DNA from: an uncultured Gammaproteobacteria bacterium
Lineage (GTDB): Bacteria > Patescibacteriota > Microgenomatia > UBA10105 > UBA927
DNA: 64,000 nt
Assembly (NCBI GenBank): GCA_964349125.1
Contig: CAYGFH010000001.1
Coordinates: forward strand, 261,408 to 325,407
Reading direction: 5' to 3'
Both the position numbers and the translations under genes were made by a program. The notes beneath the pieces are model-generated. The model did no database searches. It was not told the DNA's origin and worked only from the letters and a program-made list of their open reading frames with translations. The first letter of the stretch is position 1, and the number at the start of each line of letters is the position of its first letter. Of the stretch, positions 57,518 through 64,000 are shown one piece after another.

Positions 57518-57565
57518 AAGCTAAGCTTTTTCGGGAGAATTTCGCCAGAAAGCTTAGCTTTACAC
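57518..57565 (-). terminator. perfect 13-bp inverted repeat (AAAGCTAAGCTTT / AAAGCTTAGCTTT) with 19-nt loop, putative intrinsic terminator or operator
   Basis: Lies 18 bp past the stop of minus-strand gene 57583-58458. Followed on the minus strand by the T-rich TTATTTTGG. Confidence 0.4.
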
Positions 57566-57582
57566 GTGGTATATCCGAAAAA

Positions 57583-58458
57583 TTATGGTGTCGGTGTTGC
57601 TGTGAGTGTTGCTGTCACTGTTGCCGTCACGCTGACTGTTGGCGAAACTGTGGCAGTCACAGTTGGTGTAGCTGTCACACTGGCAGACGGGACAACCGGC
57701 AAACTATAATCTTTCACATGTTTAACTTCAGTTACTGTATTATTTGAACTGTTCCAAAGGCCTTTTACCCGAACTCTGTCGCCTACTTTAATATCCGTTT
57801 TTACGATTGGCTGTTCTTTGCGATTTGTATACTTCGTTGATGAAGAAACAGTCACCGTTTGGTCTGCTCTTTTTTCACCGACAGTATTCATAACCCAACC
57901 ATTTGAAAGCAGGGAAGTGACTTCTCCCACAAAAACTCCAAATCGTTTTTGTATGGAAATATCTCTCACAACACATGCCTCTATGATTGTTTTTTCTTCA
58001 TTCTGAAACCGTCCTGCCACATTTACAGAATCTCCTACTGTAAATTCAGCAAGCGCAGATGATCCCCAGAATCTTCGACGGAATTGTGTGGTGCACTTCT
58101 CGAATGTGCCGGTAAGAACAGTATACGATTTTCCGTTTTTTTCCACTGTAAGTGTGGTACCTGAAATCGCCGTCAACTTACCTGATCCAAACGAAATACG
58201 CGCTTTGAACATAGCTTTGACTGCTGCAACTTTTGATGCGACTCGTTCCCGTACATCTTCACGGAAATCTTTTCGCTCCTCAACAAGATTTCGCTTTGCT
58301 TCCAGAACATCTTTCCGAGCTTCACGCAGTGTTTCTGCCTGGACAGATGAAATACCTGGAAATGCGAACAATAGACTGGAGAGAACAAAAATTGAGAGTA
58401 TTGTTTTTTTCATAGTGTGTTCCTTTCGTTGTGTAGGTAATACGCGCGAGCATGGCAA
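57583..58458 (-). CDS. secreted DUF5667-like protein with C-terminal Val/Thr/Ala/Pro-rich tail
   Basis: N-terminal signal/transmembrane segment and a coiled-coil N-domain. The C-terminal TATPTVTATVSPTVSVTATVTATLTATPTP is low-complexity. Confidence 0.45.
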   Translation of the reverse strand: MPCSRVLPTQRKEHTMKKTILSIFVLSSLLFAFPGISSVQAETLREARKDVLEAKRNLVEERKDFREDVRERVASKVAAVKAMFKARISFGSGKLTAISGTTLTVEKNGKSYTVLTGTFEKCTTQFRRRFWGSSALAEFTVGDSVNVAGRFQNEEKTIIEACVVRDISIQKRFGVFVGEVTSLLSNGWVMNTVGEKRADQTVTVSSSTKYTNRKEQPIVKTDIKVGDRVRVKGLWNSSNNTVTEVKHVKDYSLPVVPSASVTATPTVTATVSPTVSVTATVTATLTATPTP

Positions 58459-58510
58459 AAAGTTTCATCCACTTCTTCCCGACGTACGTCGGGACTTCGT
58501 GGTGCAGGCA

Positions 58511-58960
58511 CTATTCGCTTACTTCGTACGTTACAAGTACTTCTGTCTCTGCGACCTTTCCGTTTGCATCCACTGCTGTCACGATAATCGAATTTTCGCC
58601 CTCATCAAGCGCCACGGTCAATGAAAAATTTCCATTGGCATCAGAGATTCCCTCTGCTTCGTTGGCAAACACTTCTGCTTTTGGTGATGTTTTTCCTTTT
58701 ACCGCCACCTTTGATGTGGACACACTTCCACCCGTTTTTGGGGACGAAATAGTTAAGCTTATTTCAGAAACACTCGATATCGATTCATTCACGATGTCAG
58801 TATTCGAAACGGATGGAAAGACTGACGAATCATCAGATACTATCTCCTGATTCTCCACTGTAGTATCGGATTCATTTTTTTGTTTGCCCGAAAATACAAA
58901 AGCTCCCGTGCCAACAAGTATCATGACTAGTATTACGATGATAATGCTTTTATTTGTCAT
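58511..58960 (-). CDS. secreted Ig-like (bacterial Ig-fold) domain protein
   Basis: Signal/transmembrane segment followed by a ~90-aa beta-rich domain (ISSPKTGGSVSTSKVAVKGKTSP...NGNFSLTVALDEGENSIIVTAVD). Confidence 0.45.
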   Translation of the reverse strand: MTNKSIIIVILVMILVGTGAFVFSGKQKNESDTTVENQEIVSDDSSVFPSVSNTDIVNESISSVSEISLTISSPKTGGSVSTSKVAVKGKTSPKAEVFANEAEGISDANGNFSLTVALDEGENSIIVTAVDANGKVAETEVLVTYEVSE

Positions 58961-58992
58961 ACGACACCTCCCGTGGAGCTATTGTTACAGGA

Positions 58993-59370
58993 TTAGGAAT
59001 ATTTATCAAGGTGTTTAAGTTTATTCATTATTTTTGCCCGCTTTGTTTGCGTAACCAGTATGACACCAATCATCATGATGATAATCAGCAGTACGATTAG
59101 CAACAAATTTTGTGGTATTTCATCCCAAAAGACTATAAGCGCATCTTTCCAGAAATCTCGTATGATTTCCGGGTCCTGGGTAAACAACTCAAATAAATCA
59201 AATGCCCGCTTTGATAGCAAGTCATTGATAATCAGTATAAATCCACCAATACTCAAGACACAAAGTACTGCTACTCCCCCGATAAACAACGTGAGGAATC
59301 GTGAAATTCCCACACGCTCATATTGACTGACATGTTTCATAACATCGTGAGTAACATCAATTTTTTTCAT
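58993..59370 (-). CDS. putative anti-sigma factor (single-pass membrane protein)
   Basis: Overlaps the ECF sigma gene stop by 4 bp. Short cytoplasmic N-terminus followed by a transmembrane helix. Confidence 0.45.
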   Translation of the reverse strand: MKKIDVTHDVMKHVSQYERVGISRFLTLFIGGVAVLCVLSIGGFILIINDLLSKRAFDLFELFTQDPEIIRDFWKDALIVFWDEIPQNLLLIVLLIIIMMIGVILVTQTKRAKIMNKLKHLDKYS

Positions 59371-59921
59371 GGTGTATATTTCTTTTTAAATGCATCTTTT
59401 GCCCGCTTCAAATGTGTACGAACCGTATTTATGGGCATATGTGTCGCTTTTGAAATTTCCTCGTACGACAGATCTTCAAAGTAATACATTGATAATATCA
59501 TGTTATATTTTTGCTCCAACGATTGCACCACTGCTCGTACTCTCTCATATTGGTCCTTTCTCAGGTAATTTTCTATAAACGATTCATCATCCTGAATATC
59601 CCCTATAGCCTCCAGTGACACGAGTTGCTTCTTTTTTCGAAGTAACGAAAACGCGGCGTTTTTTGCTATCTCAAATAAAAACGTCGAAAATTTCTTTTTT
59701 CTGTCTATTGTTTCGATAACCTGGTATACCTTTACCAGAGCATCCTGCACAATATCGCGGGAAGCAGCCTCATCCCGGAGTATGCGTACAATAAAGAAAT
59801 AGAGGGCCTGCTGATATCGATGTACCAGTTGTTCATATGCACTGATATCCCCCTGCTGGATTGCCAGTACGAGCTCTTCATCTGTCAAAGGTTTCATGTG
59901 TACATTGTCTGTCGCATTCAT
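59367..59921 (-). CDS. ECF-type RNA polymerase sigma-70 factor
   Basis: Sigma70 region 2 (YEQLVHRYQQALYFFIVRIL) and region 4 helix-turn-helix (LSYEEISKATHMPINTVRTHLKRA). Confidence 0.8.
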   Translation of the reverse strand: MNATDNVHMKPLTDEELVLAIQQGDISAYEQLVHRYQQALYFFIVRILRDEAASRDIVQDALVKVYQVIETIDRKKKFSTFLFEIAKNAAFSLLRKKKQLVSLEAIGDIQDDESFIENYLRKDQYERVRAVVQSLEQKYNMILSMYYFEDLSYEEISKATHMPINTVRTHLKRAKDAFKKKYTP

Positions 59922-59957
59922 GTAAATGCATTATAAGCTACTTCAGTAAGAATGCGA

Positions 59958-60093
59958 CACAAAGGGCTGTATTCACTCATTTCTCAACAAGAAATTCGCG
60001 AACAGACCCTTAGGCCCTCAGGTAAATATTCTCAGGGCACAAAGGGTTGTAATCACTCATTTCTCAACAAGAAATTCGCGAACAGACCCTTAG
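59958..60093 (+). repeat. tandem direct repeat: two 56-bp copies (59958-60013, 60038-60093), 80-bp period
   Basis: Copies CACAAAGGG(C/T)TGTA(T/A)TCACTCATTTCTCAACAAGAAATTCGCGAACAGACCCTTAG differ at 2 positions. Each contains TTTCT-CAACA-AGAAA and the palindrome TTCGCGAA. Located in the divergent region between the ECF sigma gene and era. Confidence 0.85.
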
Positions 60094-60110
60094 TATAGTA
60101 CAATTGACGT

Positions 60111-60974
60111 ATGCAATCAGGAATTGTCGCACTTATCGGAAGACCAAACGTTGGAAAATCGACGCTGTTAAACCATATATTGGGTCACAAAGTTTCCATC
60201 ACTTCGCCCAAACCGCAGACCACCCGTTTCAATTTGGAGGCGGTGTATGAAGATGAGCGGGGTCAACTGCTGTTTATTGATACACCGGGTATCTTCGGAA
60301 GAGTGAATGACCAGGTCGGTAAACGCATAAATATGCAGGCTGAAGAGTCATTAGCTGGAGAGGTGAATGTCATTGTGTATATGATTGACCATACACGGGA
60401 ACGTGATTTTGAGGAAAATAAAGTATTGGGAATTGTAAGAAAGAGTAAAGCCAAAAAAATCCTCGTTATCAATAAAATAGATGTCAAATCCCCATCACAC
60501 AGAATCCAATATACTTTTATGGAAGAAGAGTTTGATGATGTTGTGGAGATTTCAGCGCTTGAACACAAAAATATTCCCACACTGCTGGATGCTATTTTTG
60601 AGTATATTCCGGTAGGAGAAAAAATCGTGGATATGTCTACTCTGGCTCAGCCGGCACTCAACTTGGACAGCAAAACATTTATTGCAGAGTGTATCCGGGA
60701 AAAAGCTTTTCTGTTTCTTCGAAAAGAAGTGCCCTACTCTCTGACGGCTGTTGTCGATGAGACGGCAGAACGTCCCAACGGGACTATATACATAAAAGCC
60801 AGAATACTGACAAATGCCGACAGATATAAAGCGATGATTGTCGGAAAATCGGGATATATGATCAAGGAGATAAGTATGGCCGCCCGAAAAGAGCTCGAAA
60901 CAGCAACCAACAAAAAAGTCTATCTGGAACTCACTGTTGAAACTGACACTCATTGGTCAGAGTATTTGGCCTGA
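60111..60974 (+). CDS. era: GTPase Era
   Basis: G1 (GRPNVGKST), G3 (DTPG), G4 (NKID) and a C-terminal KH domain. Confidence 0.9.
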   Translation: MQSGIVALIGRPNVGKSTLLNHILGHKVSITSPKPQTTRFNLEAVYEDERGQLLFIDTPGIFGRVNDQVGKRINMQAEESLAGEVNVIVYMIDHTRERDFEENKVLGIVRKSKAKKILVINKIDVKSPSHRIQYTFMEEEFDDVVEISALEHKNIPTLLDAIFEYIPVGEKIVDMSTLAQPALNLDSKTFIAECIREKAFLFLRKEVPYSLTAVVDETAERPNGTIYIKARILTNADRYKAMIVGKSGYMIKEISMAARKELETATNKKVYLELTVETDTHWSEYLA

Positions 60975-61010
60975 CGTACAATTTCGACCATACCATAGTT
61001 CGTGGCTATA

Positions 61011-62405
61011 TTACTTCACACTCAATCTGACAAGCGTTTCTTCCTTACCAAGAATTTCGAGAGATTCAAGCAGCGGTGGCCCGACTGTCTTACCTGTGAC
61101 GGCTACTCGAAGTTCCATAAAAATATCTTTTGGCTTTATGTTTGATTCGGTGGCTTTCGCTCGAATTGCCGCTTCCATTGCACCGTGTGTAAATTCGCTA
61201 TCTTTGAGCGCTCCTATGAGCAAGTCTATGAGGTTCGGATTAAGCGGATGTTCGAATGATGTGGGTTTCTCAAAAAAGAATCCCGCTAAAGAATAAAATT
61301 CTGATACCAGTTTCATTCTATCCCGAATAAGGGGAAGGATTTTTTTTAGTATACTCTCAGGGAGGGATAGATCCCTGTGAAAATCTGATATCAGAGCCAT
61401 AAGCTCTTCGTCTGATTTCACCTTCAAATACTCCCCGTTCATCCAACGTAGTTTTTCTGTATCAAAAATAGGTGCGGTTGTCTGAACACCCTCCAGTGTG
61501 AATTTCTCAGTCATTTCATCGACAGAAAAAATATCCCGACCTCCCGGAAATGACCATGCCATTGTTGCCAGATAATTTTTTATCGCTTCCGGTAAAAAAC
61601 CCTTTGCCTTATAGTCAGCCACCCACACCGGATTTTTACGTTTACTTAATTTACTTCTGTCGGGATTGCGAAGGACAGACACGTGTGCAAATACCGGCGC
61701 CTCCCAACCAAAAAACTGGTACAGCAAAATATGTTTAGGTGTCGATGGTATCCACTCTTCCCCACGTATGATATGCGAAATGCCCATGATATGGTCATCA
61801 ACGACAACGCCAAGGTGATAGGTGGGAAACCCATCTGACTTCAAAAGAACCTGATCATCTATCAGTTTATTTTCAAACGATATCTCGCCGCGAATGGCGT
61901 CATGAAAAGACGTGACACCGCTATCTGACACATTGAGCCTGATAACGTATTTTTCTCCTGAAGATGCACGTTTTTCTGACTCTGTACTATCCAACGTTTT
62001 ACAAAGTCCATCGTACATTGGAGGCAAATGTTGCGCTTCTTGATTTTTGCGCATCTCATCCAAACGTGACGGCGTGCAGAAACAATAGTACGCATGTCCA
62101 TCTGATATTAGTTTTTTCGCGTAGTCTGTATATATAGGCAACCGTTCTGATTGTCGGTACGGCGCATGAGGGCCTCCGATATCAGGACCTTCCGCATGGG
62201 GAATACCAAGCCATTCAAGTGACTGTAAAATTCGTTCCTCGGATCCTTCCACGCGTCTGGTGCGATCCGTATCCTCTATGCGTATAAGAAAATCCCCTCC
62301 GTGTTTTTTTGCAAATACGTAGTTTATCAGTGCCGTATAGGCATTTCCTATGTGTAAATCCTGACCTGTTGGGGACGGTGCGATACGCGTTCTGATTCGT
62401 GTCAT
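61011..62405 (-). CDS. gltX: glutamyl-tRNA synthetase
   Basis: HIGH motif (HIGNAYTA), KMSKS-like (KLSKR) and the IEDTDRTR context. Confidence 0.9.
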   Translation of the reverse strand: MTRIRTRIAPSPTGQDLHIGNAYTALINYVFAKKHGGDFLIRIEDTDRTRRVEGSEERILQSLEWLGIPHAEGPDIGGPHAPYRQSERLPIYTDYAKKLISDGHAYYCFCTPSRLDEMRKNQEAQHLPPMYDGLCKTLDSTESEKRASSGEKYVIRLNVSDSGVTSFHDAIRGEISFENKLIDDQVLLKSDGFPTYHLGVVVDDHIMGISHIIRGEEWIPSTPKHILLYQFFGWEAPVFAHVSVLRNPDRSKLSKRKNPVWVADYKAKGFLPEAIKNYLATMAWSFPGGRDIFSVDEMTEKFTLEGVQTTAPIFDTEKLRWMNGEYLKVKSDEELMALISDFHRDLSLPESILKKILPLIRDRMKLVSEFYSLAGFFFEKPTSFEHPLNPNLIDLLIGALKDSEFTHGAMEAAIRAKATESNIKPKDIFMELRVAVTGKTVGPPLLESLEILGKEETLVRLSVK

Positions 62406-62523
62406 GATGGATTGATTCTATCACTTCTGCACCGTATACTGAAACAGGGAGTAGGATGTAGGTTGTAGATGGTAGGATGCATGATTCTACTAGCTACATG
62501 CTACTTCCTATCTCCAAAATTAC

Positions 62524-63579
62524 TTGCCCATGTCACTGACTGAAACCGCATATTACACACGACGTGCCATCAATTGGACGATTATAGGAGTTGTCAGCTA
62601 TTTCATCCTCCGAATTTTTTGGGGTGTGATTGTCATCGTTTGGTTTATGGTCTTTCCCCCGCTGGCACCACCACCTAACCACGCGTTCGGGAAATTACCG
62701 GCAATTAAATTCCCGGCTGTGGCCTCTGGATCTGCGCAACTTACCTACCAACTTGAAACAATCGATGGCTCGTTACTTGTCGCAAGTGAATCCGCAGGAG
62801 TATATTTCATGCCAAAATCCGCTCCAAATCTATTGGGACTCAATAAGGCCGAAGAGTTTGCGCGGGAACTTCAATTTGATCCGACGCCGATTCAGGAAAA
62901 CAAAAATATATACCGGTTCAATGATCCCGAAAACCCGCTTCGGAGACTCAGATATGATATCGTTTCCAAAAATTTCATAATCAGATACGCATTTGAACGA
63001 GATGCTTCACTGTTTATCGAAAAAAACTTTTCATCGACTGAAACGCTAAAACTGGAAGCGTATGCTGCGCTGCAATCAAATGGTCTGCTGCAGGATGATA
63101 TCGATGACACAAATGCCACTATCTCATACTTACGGCTTCTGAGTGACCAACTCATCCCTACAACCAGTCTGTCCCAAAGTGACGCAGTACGCATTGATTT
63201 TTTCCGTAAACCAATTGGATCCACAAGAATTGTGACACCCACCTACGATGAAGCTCCCATCTCCATACTGTTGTCAGGGGCATCGAGCGCAAAGAAACGT
63301 ATAATTCAATTTGCATACACCTATTGGCCAATAGATTATCAAACAAGCGCAACATACGCGCTAAAAACCACAGCGACTGCCTGGACAGAATTACAGGAGG
63401 GAAAAGGATATATAGCCAAGTACCCGAAAAATTCTACAGTGGCAACAGTCCGCAATGTCTACATCGCATACTACGATTCGTTTGACCCGCAGATTTATCT
63501 ACAACCGGTATTCGTCTTTGAGGGTGATAACGGATTCGTAGGATATGTTCCCGCAATAGTCCCTGAATGGACAGAATAA
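62524..63579 (+). CDS. hypothetical membrane-anchored protein
   Basis: 351 aa with an N-terminal transmembrane helix and a Pro-rich segment. No recognised motif. Adjacent to a D,D-carboxypeptidase gene. Confidence 0.4.
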   Translation: MPMSLTETAYYTRRAINWTIIGVVSYFILRIFWGVIVIVWFMVFPPLAPPPNHAFGKLPAIKFPAVASGSAQLTYQLETIDGSLLVASESAGVYFMPKSAPNLLGLNKAEEFARELQFDPTPIQENKNIYRFNDPENPLRRLRYDIVSKNFIIRYAFERDASLFIEKNFSSTETLKLEAYAALQSNGLLQDDIDDTNATISYLRLLSDQLIPTTSLSQSDAVRIDFFRKPIGSTRIVTPTYDEAPISILLSGASSAKKRIIQFAYTYWPIDYQTSATYALKTTATAWTELQEGKGYIAKYPKNSTVATVRNVYIAYYDSFDPQIYLQPVFVFEGDNGFVGYVPAIVPEWTE

Positions 63580-63670
63580 GGAGACAACACGAACAAAACG
63601 TTTGATTGGAACGATCAGGTATTATAGTTCCCCTAGAGACTGTGAGACAGCGCTAATAGTGTAATGCCGT

Positions 63671-64000
63671 TTAATATGCTTTCCACTGGATATTGGTAAA
63701 CACCCAATCAATCAATTTTGACGTATCTAAAAATCTGTCCTGACTCTTGAGCACCACAATTATCACCCGATGGCCGTGCCGTTCGACGACGGTAATCAGG
63801 TTTTCGCCGGCTTCTTCTGTCCAACCGGTTTTTATCCCCCCGACACCCGGAATTTTACCGAGGAGCTGGTTTACATTTTTGAGCGGGTGGAAATACGTAT
63901 GGGTCACATCTGAAACGGTAATTTGCGGTATGGCGACCATCTTCGCGATGACTGGATTGCCAAGTGCTATATTTCCCAGTCTGGCAAGATCAGTTGGAGT
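63671..64000 (-). CDS. dacA: D-alanyl-D-alanine carboxypeptidase (serine-type, PBP5-like), C-terminal part; N-terminus beyond window end
   Basis: KIPGVGGIKTGWTEEAGENLITVVERHGHRVIIVVL matches the KTG motif and C-terminal region of S11 peptidases. The frame stays open to 64000. Confidence 0.6.
   Translation of the reverse strand, partial: TPTDLARLGNIALGNPVIAKMVAIPQITVSDVTHTYFHPLKNVNQLLGKIPGVGGIKTGWTEEAGENLITVVERHGHRVIIVVLKSQDRFLDTSKLIDWVFTNIQWKAY

Noticed and set aside
57583-57700. GT-rich low-complexity DNA (GTTGCTGTCACTGTTGCCGTCAC...) that looks like a microsatellite
   Set aside because: It lies inside the minus-strand ORF 57583-58458 and encodes the Val/Thr/Ala/Pro-rich C-terminal tail. 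It is coding low complexity and is not a non-coding repeat.
59958-60093. Possible CRISPR array (direct repeats)
   Set aside because: It has only two copies. The repeat unit is 56 bp, far longer than CRISPR repeats. No cas genes are nearby. It was classified instead as a tandem regulatory/structural repeat.

Overview
This is a 64 kb bacterial chromosomal window with moderate GC, standard genetic code (TGA/TAA/TAG stops) and dense small genes, on both strands. Gene content (LCP, GT39, DUF2079, MacB-type ABC, sigma/anti-sigma/DUF5667-like, many DUF proteins) resembles small-genome uncultured lineages such as Patescibacteria, but this is an inference only.

Main blocks:
- 1-6.3 kb: two SAM methyltransferases, sugar-nucleotide-type oxidoreductases, an Rpf-like transglycosylase with a Pro/Thr linker, a DHFR-like plus CofE-like pair, and msrB-msrA.
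- 6.3-17.2 kb: about 11 kb of co-directional plus-strand genes. They encode an acyltransferase-3/deacetylase fusion, an Ig-like/C39-like protein, GT39, an OmpR/histidine kinase two-component system, a MacA/MacB-like ABC exporter and a DUF5666-like secreted protein. A GT2 (Ppm-like), DUF2079 and LCP follow, giving an envelope glycosylation locus.
- 21.3-26 kb: a Fur-family regulator with a ZIP transporter and a palindromic operator, then a Dda/RecD-like helicase, DUF192, and a 7-repeat Cys-rich secreted protein.
- 26.2-30.8 kb: a cytochrome-b5-like protein, a NOX/ferric-reductase-like oxidoreductase, a second cytochrome-b5-like protein and a MEDS sensor. The oxidoreductase and the second b5 each appear split by a frameshift.
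- 32.4-34.8 kb: the most unusual region. Two tRNA-Gln(CUG) genes sit inside two divergent copies of a ~300-360 bp composite repeat built from tRNA 5' stubs, tRNA 3'-end (att-like) duplicates, tRNA-3'-half-derived hairpin modules and a 10-bp perfect inverted repeat. The repeats bracket an AT-rich 3-gene cargo (ACT-like, small membrane protein, peptidase S51). No integrase is present.
- 36.6-44.3 kb: a P-type ATPase, then ung, mutS and mutL, followed by a PAS/coiled-coil protein.
- 45-64 kb: housekeeping and accessory genes (Asp racemase, NUDIX, CsaA, PQQ sugar dehydrogenase, APH-like kinase, PIG-L, obg, greA, MutY/Nth-like, ECF sigma/anti-sigma, era, gltX, partial D-Ala-D-Ala carboxypeptidase).

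No CRISPR array, rRNA or integrase/transposase was detected. Several ORF-track entries are antisense shadows and were discarded.
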